In this document: positions 8,896-20,800 of the stretch, in pieces
How the letters are laid out: every line of letters begins with the position of its first letter
Numbering within the stretch: position 1 is the stretch's first letter
IMG/VR virus record: IMGVR_UViG_3300035145_002457
Span: 1-64,000 of that record
DNA length: 64,000 bases
DNA from: a virus
Reading direction: 5' to 3' (one strand)
Made by a program: the position numbers and the translations under genes
The notes under the pieces: model-generated
What the model saw: only the letters and a program-made list of their open reading frames with translations
Database searches by the model: none
What the model was told of the DNA's origin: nothing

Positions 8896-10817
8896 TGTCA
8901 GAAACTACAAGAAGTCCCCATATTAAAGACGTTCCAAAAAAAGTAGAAGGACCAGGTCCGTTTTTAGCCGTAGTTCGAAACCATTTAGATACAGAATACA
9001 TGGGGCAATTAGAAGTTGAACTTTTAAAAACAAACAGTGAAGGAAATACCACTGATGCAACTGGAGAAGTTGTACCTGTTAGTTATCTAAGTCCATTTTA
9101 TGGTGTAACTCCTTACAACGGTGTGACAGAAAATGAAGGATTTGATTACACACAAAAAAGTTACGGTTTTTGGGCAGTGCCTCCTGATGTAGGAACTAAG
9201 GTTTTAGTAATTTTTGCAGAAGGAAACAGAGGCAGGGGTTATTGGATAGGTTGTGTGCAAGACTCCAATATGAATTTTATGGTGCCTGGAAATGCAAGTA
9301 CAACATACAATAGTGAAGACAAAGGAAAACCTAGACCAGTAGGCGAGTATAATAAAAAAACAGAAGACGGTGTAGGAAACGATCCTACACAATATATAAA
9401 ACCTTGTAATCCTGACCATTGTGCAATTTTAGATGGTGCTGGCCTTGCAGATGATCCGATTAGAGGAACAACTACTTCTAGTGCAAGAAGAGATCTTCCA
9501 AGTATGGTTTTTGGTTGGAGCTCACCAGGACCTCTTGATAGAAGAGACGGTAAGCCGACAGTTCCTTATGGTGAAAAGGGCAAACAGATCAATATTAAAA
9601 GTTCTAGGATGACAGGAACTACAATTGTCATGGATGATGGTGATCCAACATTATTCCGTAAAGGACCTGCAAGAGGACCAGATGCAGTACCGAGTGAATA
9701 TACTACTCTAGCAAAAGGCGGAAATCCCGGAATACCTTTTAACGAGCTATTCAGAATTAGAACACGAACAGGCCATCAAATTTTGTTACATAATGCTGAG
9801 GACTTAATTTACATTGCTCACGGAAGTGGCGATAGTTGGATAGAAATGACAGCAAACGGAAAAATAGACATATATTCAAAAGATAGTGTAAGCATTCACA
9901 CAGAAAACGACTTTAACTTCAAAGCCGATAGAGATATCAATATTGAAGCTGGACAAAATATTAATATAAAAGCAGGCAATCAAATGATGATAGAAACTGT
10001 TGCAAACTGGGAAGTAAAAGTAGGAGCCGATGGTAAGTTAACTTGTGTAGGCAATAGTAACATAAAATCTAAACATCATTTTGAGACTGCTGATAGAATT
10101 GATATGAATGGTAGCACCAAGGCAGCTGAAGCAGGTAATGCACCTATTCCTACAAGAGTTCCAAAAAGAGGATCGTGGACAGGACAAGAAAATAAAAATC
10201 CCTTAGAACACATACCTGAGAAGACTGAAAGTGATCCTGAAAAAATTAAAAAAGGCACAGCAAACGGAAACAGTGACGATAAAAACAAAGAAAAAGCACC
10301 AGATGATACATTTAAAAAATGCCCTCCAGCAGAAGAAGAAAGTATAGTCGATGATGATCCTGTAGCAGATAGTACAGTAGAAACATCAAACGCAACATTG
10401 TCAGAAAATGGACAAACACAGCCTGCATCTACAACAACAAGTTCTACAACTACAACAAATGATGGCACGACTACAACAACATCAACTTCAACTTCTACAA
10501 CTACTGAATCAATAACAAGCGGCGGAAAAGCAGTTCTTATAGGCAATGATGGACAAGTTATTCCAGAAGCAACTGCTCCTAAACAGATATCTGTAGGAAA
10601 AAATTCAGACGGACAGATCATATCAAGAACAGTTGAAGTACAAGGTGTAGATGAAGACGGGTTTGCATATACTCAAAAGAAAGTAATTAAAGTAGATCCA
10701 GTAACAGGGAAAGATATTGTAAAACCTGTATCTAACGTAGATACCTCAGCTATTGATGCTGAAACAGCGGCGTTTGAAGCTGAATTTGATGCACAAGAAG
10801 ACGGTCAAAGTACATAG
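8895..10817 (+). CDS. gp5: baseplate central spike (gp5/VgrG-like), no lysozyme domain, Ser/Thr-rich C-terminal tail
   Basis: OB-fold motif SYGFWAVPPDVGTKVLVIFAEG...YWIGC, RIRTRTGHQILLH and beta-helix-like repeats (DINIEAGQNINIKAG). Confidence 0.75.
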   Translation: MSETTRSPHIKDVPKKVEGPGPFLAVVRNHLDTEYMGQLEVELLKTNSEGNTTDATGEVVPVSYLSPFYGVTPYNGVTENEGFDYTQKSYGFWAVPPDVGTKVLVIFAEGNRGRGYWIGCVQDSNMNFMVPGNASTTYNSEDKGKPRPVGEYNKKTEDGVGNDPTQYIKPCNPDHCAILDGAGLADDPIRGTTTSSARRDLPSMVFGWSSPGPLDRRDGKPTVPYGEKGKQINIKSSRMTGTTIVMDDGDPTLFRKGPARGPDAVPSEYTTLAKGGNPGIPFNELFRIRTRTGHQILLHNAEDLIYIAHGSGDSWIEMTANGKIDIYSKDSVSIHTENDFNFKADRDINIEAGQNINIKAGNQMMIETVANWEVKVGADGKLTCVGNSNIKSKHHFETADRIDMNGSTKAAEAGNAPIPTRVPKRGSWTGQENKNPLEHIPEKTESDPEKIKKGTANGNSDDKNKEKAPDDTFKKCPPAEEESIVDDDPVADSTVETSNATLSENGQTQPASTTTSSTTTTNDGTTTTTSTSTSTTTESITSGGKAVLIGNDGQVIPEATAPKQISVGKNSDGQIISRTVEVQGVDEDGFAYTQKKVIKVDPVTGKDIVKPVSNVDTSAIDAETAAFEAEFDAQEDGQST

Positions 10818-10818
10818 G

Positions 10819-10824
10819 TAAATA
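10819..10824 (+). promoter_or_regulatory. late promoter core TAAATA, 4 nt before the gp25 ATG
   Basis: GGTAAATA-cagc-ATG. Confidence 0.55.
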
Positions 10825-10828
10825 CAGC

Positions 10829-11278
10829 ATGAGCACAGAAGAAAAACGTTTATACCAAGATATACAAGTAAAAAGTTCTGTTAAACCAGATTACGGTATT
10901 GGCAGTAAAACATACAAAGGATTTTCTACAGTAGACCCTGAGAAAACCGGGTTTAAGCTCTATGATTTTCAGATTATTAAACAAGATATCATTAACCATT
11001 TTCATATTCGTCAAGGAGAACTGTTAAGCAACCCTGATTTTGGTACAATTATCTGGGACATATTATATGAACCAATGACTGAGCGCCTTAAACAGATTAT
11101 AGTAGACAATGTTACTCAAATCGTAAATTACGATCCTAGGGTAAATGCAAGATCGGTAACTGTTGATCAGTACGAGAACGGTATTCAAATAGAAGCTGAA
11201 ATTGTTTTCTTGCCATACAATATAGTTGAACAAATGCGTTTTACTTTTGATCAAAACAATGGCTTGTTTAGTGGGTAA
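10829..11278 (+). CDS. gp25: baseplate wedge subunit gp25-like
   Basis: IKQDIINHFHIRQGELLSNPDFGTIIWDILYEP...YDPRV. Confidence 0.85.
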   Translation: MSTEEKRLYQDIQVKSSVKPDYGIGSKTYKGFSTVDPEKTGFKLYDFQIIKQDIINHFHIRQGELLSNPDFGTIIWDILYEPMTERLKQIIVDNVTQIVNYDPRVNARSVTVDQYENGIQIEAEIVFLPYNIVEQMRFTFDQNNGLFSG

Positions 11279-11306
11279 AATAATATACGCACTTAACAAA
11301 AAACAA

Positions 11307-11312
11307 TAAATA
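11307..11312 (+). promoter_or_regulatory. late promoter core TAAATA
   Basis: Intergenic ATAAATA upstream of the gp6-like gene. Confidence 0.55.
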
Positions 11313-11338
11313 TTGTTGTATAATAAAGGAAAGCAATT

Positions 11339-14300
11339 ATGTCCGCAACTGACAGACAAAATAGATTATTAGTAGCAGAAGATTGGAAGCGTATCTATCA
11401 AAGTTATAGAAATGCCGACTTCAAATCTTATGATTTTGATAACTTGCGTAGAACAATGATCAACTATCTACGTCAAAACTATCCAGAAGATTTTAACGAT
11501 TACATTGAGTCATCTGAATATCTTGCATTAATTGATCTCATTGCATTTTTAGGCCAAAATTTTGCTTTCCGTTCAGACCTAAACGCAAGAGAAAACTTCT
11601 TAGAACTAGCAGAACGTAGAGAAAGTGTGCTACGATTAGCACGTACACTAAGTTACAATCCTAAGCGTAATATTGCCGCAAATGGATTACTTAAACTTGA
11701 AAGTGTATCAACTACAGAATCTGTCAGAGATTCTAATAATCTTAATTTAGAAAATCAAACTATTGTATGGAATGATCCTAGTAATTCAAATTGGCAAGAA
11801 CAGTTTACAAAAGTATTAAATGCCTCTTTACCAGTAAACGGCACAATAGGTAGACCAGTTAAAAAAGAAACAGTTAATAATATTCCTACAGAGCAGTATC
11901 GTTTAAACAGCACAAATTCAACAGTGCCTGCATTTGGATTTAATAAAACTGTAAGTGGTGTTACAAGTAGATTTGAAATAGTAAGCACAGACATTGAAAA
12001 CGGCACAATTATAGAAGAAGCACCATTTCCTGGAAATAACTTTGCATTTTTATATAGAAACGATGGCAAAGGTCCTAGCAGTAGTAACTCCGGATATTTC
12101 GCACACTTTAGACAAGGTACATTAGATAACGGATCATTTACTGTTGGATCACCAAGTACAAATCAAGTTGTCAGCATAGATGCAATTAATGTTAATAATA
12201 ATGATGTTTGGCTTTATAGTGTTGACGAATACGGATTAGAACAAGAATTGTGGACAAAGGTTGAAGCAGTAGAAGGCAACAATGTAATCTATAATAGTTT
12301 AAGCAAAAGCATAAGAAACATTTACAGTGTTTTGACAAGGGCAAATAACAGAATCAGTTTAATTTTTGCTGACGGCACCTTTGGCAATTTGCCACAAGGT
12401 AATTTTAAAGTTTATTATAGAACAAGCAAAAATGAACGTTTAATTATTGAACCTAATGACATGCGAGGCATCAATATCAATGTTCCATATGTAAGCAGGA
12501 CTGGAAAAACCGAGACGTTGTCTATGGTATTTCAATTGAAATATACTGTTGACAATGCTTCAGTAAGCGAAACAAATGTCAGCATAAAAAGAAATGCGCC
12601 TGCTAATTTTTACACACAAAATAGAATGGTTACAGGAGAAGATTATCAAATTACACCATTAACCAGTAATCAAGAAATTATAAAAGTAAAAAGTGTAAAC
12701 AGAACATCAAGTGGTATTAGTAGATATCTTGATTTAATTGATTCTACTGGTAGATATAGTAAAACAAATTTATTTGCTACAGACGGTATACTGACAAGAG
12801 AATATTTAGATACCAAAGTGGGATTTAGTTTTGTAACAAAAACAGATGTTGAAGGTGTAATAGCCAATATCATTGAACCTATTTTACAAGATAGAAAAAT
12901 CAAAAATTATTACCTTACAAAATTTCCTAAAATTTTAGTAGGAGATTTAGGATTAGTGTGGAATAGTTCAACAACAGAGACTAATTTAAACACTGGTTAC
13001 TTTACAAACTCAACAGGAACTAAAGTACAGTTAGGCACATTCACTGCAAGTACTTTAAAACTAATTAGAACTGGAACATTATTGAAATTTATTCCGCCTG
13101 CAGGAAAGCATTTTATGAAAGACAACAACAATGCTGTAATGGACGGCGATGCAAATCATCCAGGATCTATTTCTTACAAATGGGTCAAAGTTATTAGTGT
13201 ATCAGGTGATGGTACTGTAGTTGCAGAAGACGGATCTGGACCAGTAAGTATAAATGACATAATTCCTGCAGGTGCAAGGCTTCAACAAATTATACCAAGA
13301 CTGCCTGGACTTTTACAAAGTTCAGTTGCAACGCAAGTTATAGATCAAATTTTTGCATACAGAACATTTGGTTTACGTTTTGACACAAACGCAGGAGAAT
13401 GGCGTTTGGTAACTTCAACTAATTTAGATAGTTCTAGCCCATTTAGCATTGGTAAAACAGGTGACAACACAAATCAACAATTAGATAGTAGTTGGTTATT
13501 ACTTTTCGAAAACAACGGCGAAACATATAAAATTACATATCGTGGCGGAAGATACTTATTTGAAAGTGATGAAGAAATAAGATTTTACTTTGACAATAGT
13601 GATAAAGTTTACAACAATAGAACAGGTAAAATAATTAAAGATAAAATTAGTGTGCTTAGTATTAACCAAAAAGATCCAACAGACAATCCTGCTCCATTTA
13701 CAATAGATTATGATTGGGAAATTGTTGAGGATTATAGAGATTCAGAAGGTTATGTGAATAGCAAAAAAGTTCAGGTTAGCTTTTTTGATGAAGATGATGA
13801 TGGTGTAGTAGATGACCCAGAACTGTTTGACCAGATTGTCAACGAAGTAAACAATCCATTACAAAAATATATATTCTCAGAAAAGATTACTAGTATAGAT
13901 GGAGTAGAAGAATGGTTTTACAAACCAAACAGTGAACTTAATGTTATCACATTACAGAATAAGAGTGTATTGGGTTCTTTATCGTCATATGAAGATAATC
14001 AAATATTTTATTTTGTAGATGAAAACATATTTGAAATTTTAGATAAAGCTACAGGTACAACAAATATCGCTCAAAACTATAGAGCTCAAGTAGGCAGAGA
14101 TAAGTTAAAATTCCAATATTTACATGCGGCAGATGAAAGCACAAGAATTGATCCTAGTGTTAGTAATATAGTTGATACATATATGTTAACTAGATCATAT
14201 GATAATTCTTTTAGACAATATTTAGAAGGGACTGTAAGTTCTAAACCATTAACACCTAGCAGTGATCAGCTATTTTTAAATTATGGCACAGTGCTTAATA

Positions 14301-14851
14301 ATGTTAAATCACTAAGTGATGAAATAATATATCATCCTGTTAAGTACAAGATATTATTCGGTGAAAAGGCAGACGCAGATTTGCAAGCAGACTTTAAAAT
14401 TGTTAAAAACCCAGATATTGTAATTAATGATAATGAAGTAAAATCTAGAGTAATAAGTGCAATAAATGAATTTTTTGCTTTAGACAATTGGGAATTTGGA
14501 GAAAGTTTTTACTTTTCAGAACTATCAACCTTTGTAATGCAAAGGTTAGCTCCAAACATTGTTACATTTGTTATTGTACCAAAACAAGAAAATCAAGCGT
14601 TTGGAAGTTTGTTTGAAATAAAATCAGAATCAGATGAAATTTTTATATCAGGTGCAACGGTTTCTGATGTTGCAATTATAGATTCTATAACTGCTACAAG
14701 ATTAAAAGCGGATGGAGCAATTACTACAACCGCAACTACAACAAATGTTGGTATTACAAGTTCTAATTTAACAACAAGTACATATACAAATACTACATCT
14801 ACAAATGGTACAACTAGCACCACAGGTTCAAGCGGAGGATCTAGCTACTAA
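11339..14851 (+). CDS. gp6: baseplate wedge subunit gp6-like
   Basis: DFKSYDFDNLRRTMINYL...FNDYIESSE...ENFLELAERRESVLRLARTLSYNPKR, FADGTFG and TQNRMVTGEDY; follows gp25. Confidence 0.85.
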   Translation: MSATDRQNRLLVAEDWKRIYQSYRNADFKSYDFDNLRRTMINYLRQNYPEDFNDYIESSEYLALIDLIAFLGQNFAFRSDLNARENFLELAERRESVLRLARTLSYNPKRNIAANGLLKLESVSTTESVRDSNNLNLENQTIVWNDPSNSNWQEQFTKVLNASLPVNGTIGRPVKKETVNNIPTEQYRLNSTNSTVPAFGFNKTVSGVTSRFEIVSTDIENGTIIEEAPFPGNNFAFLYRNDGKGPSSSNSGYFAHFRQGTLDNGSFTVGSPSTNQVVSIDAINVNNNDVWLYSVDEYGLEQELWTKVEAVEGNNVIYNSLSKSIRNIYSVLTRANNRISLIFADGTFGNLPQGNFKVYYRTSKNERLIIEPNDMRGININVPYVSRTGKTETLSMVFQLKYTVDNASVSETNVSIKRNAPANFYTQNRMVTGEDYQITPLTSNQEIIKVKSVNRTSSGISRYLDLIDSTGRYSKTNLFATDGILTREYLDTKVGFSFVTKTDVEGVIANIIEPILQDRKIKNYYLTKFPKILVGDLGLVWNSSTTETNLNTGYFTNSTGTKVQLGTFTASTLKLIRTGTLLKFIPPAGKHFMKDNNNAVMDGDANHPGSISYKWVKVISVSGDGTVVAEDGSGPVSINDIIPAGARLQQIIPRLPGLLQSSVATQVIDQIFAYRTFGLRFDTNAGEWRLVTSTNLDSSSPFSIGKTGDNTNQQLDSSWLLLFENNGETYKITYRGGRYLFESDEEIRFYFDNSDKVYNNRTGKIIKDKISVLSINQKDPTDNPAPFTIDYDWEIVEDYRDSEGYVNSKKVQVSFFDEDDDGVVDDPELFDQIVNEVNNPLQKYIFSEKITSIDGVEEWFYKPNSELNVITLQNKSVLGSLSSYEDNQIFYFVDENIFEILDKATGTTNIAQNYRAQVGRDKLKFQYLHAADESTRIDPSVSNIVDTYMLTRSYDNSFRQYLEGTVSSKPLTPSSDQLFLNYGTVLNNVKSLSDEIIYHPVKYKILFGEKADADLQADFKIVKNPDIVINDNEVKSRVISAINEFFALDNWEFGESFYFSELSTFVMQRLAPNIVTFVIVPKQENQAFGSLFEIKSESDEIFISGATVSDVAIIDSITATRLKADGAITTTATTTNVGITSSNLTTSTYTNTTSTNGTTSTTGSSGGSSY

Positions 14852-17800
14852 TGGCTTACGATAATGACCAATCAGAACAGGCACTACCAGGTGGCAACAA
14901 CAAAAGAAAAAGAGAAAGTGCAAGCCACCTTCCTAGATTCTTTAGAACACAAGCAAATAAAAAGTTTTTATCTAGCACAGTAGATCAATTAATACAGCCT
15001 GGAGTAGTAGAAAAACTTAATGGCTATGTAGGTAGAAAAACTTCAAAAGCATTTACTGCAAGTGACAATTACATTGCTGATGTATCCGATGAAAGACAAA
15101 ACTATCAATTAGAACCAGCATCTGTTGTAAAAGATAATTTAGGAAATGTTGTATTCTACAAAGATTATAACGATTATATAAATCAATTAAATTATTTTCA
15201 AAAAGGAATAAATGATCATTCTGTTTTAAATGCTCAAGAATATTATGCATGGGATCCTCACATTGATTGGGATAAAATATCTAATTTTAGAGAATACTAT
15301 TGGTTGCCAAATGGTCCACAAAGTTTTGCTGTACCTGGAAATACCATTGAAGTTGAAAGCACATATACAGTACGAATAGGAGATAATGTAGACAATAACA
15401 CCTATGTTTTCTCTCCAGACGGATTAACTAATAATCCTACTATAACTTTATATAGAGGTATAACATATCGTTTTGACATTGATACACCTAATCTCCCCTT
15501 TACAATAAAAACTAAAAGGACTCTTGATGAAGGTTTTGATTTAGATAGTTCTAGCATAATTGTACTAGAAGGTGTTGATGTACAAGGCTTAGAAAAAGGT
15601 ATAAGCACATTACAATTAGGCACAGACACGCCTGATACACTTTATTATACAGCATCAAACGATCTACAAGCCAGTGGAACAATTGTTGTTAAAGACATTC
15701 AAGATGCAACCTTCCTCGATGTAGAAGCAGAAATTGTTGGTAAGAAAAACTACAAAGCAAGTAGCGGAGTTGACTTATCCAATGGAATGAAAATATATTT
15801 TACAGGAGAAGTTGAGCCTGCAAAATATGCTAATGGTTCATTCTATGTAGAGGGAGTAGGAGACGCAATTAAACTTGTAGCCGAAACTGATTTGAGTGTC
15901 CCCACAGAATTTACAGATGACGTTGAAGTTGAATTTGATACAAACGGATTTGATAGACTTCCTTACGGTAAAGCAATTGGATTTCCTAAAGAAAAAGATT
16001 ATATTGTAATTAACAGATCAGCACAAGATGGTAATCTATGGAGTAGGTACAATAGATGGTTTCATAAAAGTGTTATTACTACAAGTGCAGAACAAAACAA
16101 TCAGCCTGTAGAACTTGATCAAGAGCAAAGAGCAAAACGTCCTATCATTGAATTTGAACCCAACATTAAATTACATAATTTTGGAACAAAATCAAAACTT
16201 GATGTAGACTTAGTAGATAATTTTACTAAAGACGTATTCAGTACTATTGAAGGAAGTATTGGTTATAACATAGACGGTATTGATATTGTAAAAGGCATGA
16301 GAATACTTTTTACAGCAGATACGGATATTTTAGTTAAAGGCAGGATATTTGAAGTTGATGTGATCAAATTTGCAAATAACCAAGCAACAAACAATCAAAT
16401 CACTCTTAAAGAAGTTACTGATAGTATTCCTCAAGAAAACGAAGTAGTATTAGTTTTGAACGGCGATGAGTTTAAAGGTAAAATGTTCTATTATCAAAAT
16501 GGGTCTTGGAGTTTAACTCAAGAAAAAACACAACGTAATCAAGCACCATTATTTGATATTTTTGACGAAAACGGTATAAGTTACTCAGATGAAACAACCT
16601 ATGAAGCAAATAACTTTGCAGGAAACAAAGTTTTCAGTTATAAAGAAGGAACAGGTTCAGCAGATACAGAATTAGGTATTCCTTTAAGTTATAGAAGTAT
16701 TAATAATGTTGGAGACATTGTTTTCAATTACGATATTCAACAAGGGTCAATGACATACACAATTGACAATAATCTACTTACACAAAATACTGATGTAGGA
16801 TTTTTAAGAAAATATTCAAGTTTGACAGATTTTACCACTATAAGCGGCTGGAAGAAGGTTGACACCTACAGTGAACAACCTGTAATTAGGCAATATGTTT
16901 ATGATAATACTACTACAGGATTTGCAATTGATGTATATGACCAAAGCGGATTAATAGAAGATTTATGGGTCAGGGTGTATTTAAATAATAAATTGCAGTT
17001 TGAAAATGTAGATTTTACCATTACTTCAGATCTAAATAATAACGCAATTATTAATTTTACAAATACTTTAGAATTAAATGATATTGTTGTAATCAAAACT
17101 AAAACAACAACACTAAAAAATGAAAATGGTTATTATGAAATTCCTACAAATTATGAACGCAATCCAAAAAATGACAATCTTGGAGAATTTACACTAGGAG
17201 AAGTTAATGATCATGTTTCTACAATAGTAGAAAACTTAGATGTATTTGAAGGTGAATATCCCGGAGTAGGAAATCTACGAGATATTACAAATCTGTCGTC
17301 TTATGGCAGAAGATTTTTGCAACACAGTGCGCCTTTAAATCTCAGTCTTTACCATATAACTGATAAAGATGCAAATATTATTAAAAGTATTGACTTTGCT
17401 AGGACAGAGTATAACAGATTCAAAAGAGTCTTTTTACAGATTGCTGAACAAACTGAATTCCAAGGATCTATTAGAGACAGAGTTGATGATATTTTAAGAC
17501 AAATTAACATTGATAAAAATAAAAATCAACCTTTTTATTTTAGTGACATGATAGGTTTAGGAGCAAGTAAAAAAACCGACCATATAATTATAGATGCAGA
17601 TGAAACATTTTTTGCCCTTGACAAAATATTCGATATAGATACACCTAGTAAAAGATCTGTTTATGTTTATTTGAATGATGTTCAATTAATTTACGGGAAA
17701 GATTACACATTTAACAATGACGGTTTTGCTGTTGTAACAGCAACAAAAAATGTTGACGATGTAATATCTATATACGAATATGAAACTACTAACGGTAGTT

Positions 17801-20800
17801 ATATACCGCCAACCCCTACTAAACTAGGATTATATCCCAAATACGAACCAGAAATTTATCAAGACAACACATACTTAACTCCACAAAATGTTATTCAAGG
17901 TCATGACGGAAGTAGATTTATCGCATTTGGCGATTATAGAGATGAACTTTTATTAGAACTTGAAAAAAGAATATTTAATAATATAAAAGTTACTTACAAC
18001 AAAGATTTATTTGATATACACAAATTTGTTCCTGGTGAATATAGAAAAACTGGGCTCGACACTAGTGAAATTAATAAATCAATGCTTAGTGGATTTATCC
18101 AATGGACAAAGTTTATAGATCAAGATTATACATTACATAATTTCTTTGAAAGAACAAATAGATTTACTTTCAATTATAATCAAGCCAATTTTGCTTCTAC
18201 AAACAAAATGCCAGGATTTTGGCGTAATATTTACAAGCAATTATTTGATACAGATCGTCCTCACACTCATCCTTGGGAAATGTTAGGATTTACAATTAAA
18301 CCAAAATGGTGGGAGGATCAATACGGGCCTGCACCATACACAAAAGACAATCAGCTGATGTGGACTGACATACAAAATGGCATTGTAAGAGAACCGAATA
18401 AAAACTACAAAATTTTAAATAATTACAAACGACCAGGATTGTTAAACACATTACCTGTTGATTCAAGCGGAAACTTGAGACCACCTTTAGATGCAGGAGT
18501 AGTAACTAACTTCCAAGCAGACACTATAGATTTTAGTTTTAAATTTGGAGACGGTGCTCCCGTAGAATCTGCCTGGAGAAACAGTTCAGATTATCCTTTT
18601 TCACTGTTGAAATCTTTAACCATTAATAAACCTAGCGCAGTTTTTGCCACTGGGTTTGATAGAATAAATCAAGTTAGAAATAGTGCTGGTGCAATAGTAT
18701 ATAAACCTACTAACAAAAGATTAAAACTAAGCGATATTGTTTTTCCTAGCACAGCAGATGATGATGTCCAAATATTTACAAGTGGTTTAATAAACTATGT
18801 TTCTTCTTACATGGCAAGCGATGTTTTAAAAAGTTATACAGATTACAAAACTAACATTGTTAATATAGATAATCAAATTGGATTCAAATTAGGTGGTTTT
18901 ACTGACAAAGAAAAATTTAGATTAATACTTGATAGTAGAACTCCGTTAAATGAAGGTAATGTTTTTGTACCTGAAGAAAACTATAAAATATTCCTTAATA
19001 CTAGTTCTCCTGTGCAGACAATAGAGTACAGTGGTGTTATAATAGAAAGAAGAGCAGATGGTTACGTTGTTAAAGGTTACAGTCCGAACTCTACTACATT
19101 TAAATATTTCGACGCTGTTGGCACCCAAAACGATCCATCAATAAACATTGGTGGTATAAGCGAGTCTTATGTTACGTGGGACACAAACAAAACATATGTT
19201 GCAGGACAGAATGTTGAATATCAAGGTTCCTATTACAGAACTAGTGTTGCTCATACAAGCGAACAAAATTTTGATGATACTAAATTTGCAAAACTTGCGG
19301 CATTGCCGTTAATAGGAGGCAGATCTGCTTTTGTAAGAAAGCAATTTAATCAAGAGATTGTAAACGAAATCGAATATGGCACATTGTTTACAGAAATACA
19401 GGATGTAGTTGATTTCTTATTAGGCTACGGAAAATATTTAGAATCAAAAGGTTTTGAATTTGAGTATTTCGACGGTGAACAAAGTGTAGTTTTAAATTGG
19501 CGTCATGCAGTTAACGAATTTTTATTCTGGACAACACAAAAATGGGCTGAAGGTAGTGTAATTACTATTAGTCCAAGTGCATCTGAAATAAGATTTAATT
19601 CACAATATTCTATGGTAGATAATATATTTGACGGTTTTTACGGCTATGGATTATATAAAGCAGACGGGCAAAAATTAAACGAAGAATTTAGTAGTTTAGG
19701 AAGAAGTCCTAATCAATTTATTTTACGTCCTAAGAACACAGCAGATGGTGTATTCTATATTAGCTTACCATTAATACAAAAAGAACACGTAGTATTAATT
19801 GATAACAAGACAGTATTTGGTGATGTAATTTTTGATCAACAACCTGGTTACAGACAGGAAAGAATTAAAGTTTTAGGGTATAGGACAACAGAGTGGGACG
19901 GAAGTCTTAATATTCCAGGATTTACATATGATGATGCACAAGTTACAGATTGGGAATCTTGGACTGATTATGATATAGGTACAGTAGTAAAAAATAAAGA
20001 ATTTTATTATAGTGCTCCTAACAAAATTTCAGGTACAGAAACATTTGATGCATCTAAATGGAATATATTAACAGAAAAGCCCGAAGGTGGTTTATTTGCA
20101 AACTTTGAATATAAAACAAATCAATTTGCAGATTTTTACGATTTAGATAGTGACAACTTTGATACCGAACAGCAAAAACATGCACAACATTTAATAGGTT
20201 ATCAAAAGCGTCAATACTTAGAAAATATTGTAAATGATGATGTTAGTCAGTATAAATTTTACCAAGGATTTATTCAAGATAAAGGCACAAAAAATGCTTT
20301 GACAAAATTATTTGATGCTTTAGCTAGTGACAATAAAGATAGTTTAGAATTTTTTGAAGAATGGGCTATCAAAGATGGACAATACGGTGCATCTGAAGGA
20401 TTTGATGATGTTATATTTAAATTAGATGAAAGTAAATTTAGATTAACACCGCAGCCTATACAACTTGTAAATTCTGTCACAGGCAATGAAACAGATTTAA
20501 TCTACAGAATTAGACCATATGAAGTTTATCAAAAATCTAAAAATTATGATCATTCTCCTTTTCCAGGAAAGTATGTTTTTGATTCCTATACAAAAAATGC
20601 AGGATACGTCAATCAACAAGATGTTAGAGGAATAGTTACAAATTACTCTAACATTTTAGACTTTAACTTTGTAGACATTGCCAAAAATAGTTATATTTGG
20701 GTCGGCAACGAAAATAACAATTGGAACGTATACAAACATGTTGACACTGAATATACTGTAGAAAAAATAGATAAAGGTACTGACACATTCAAAATATATC

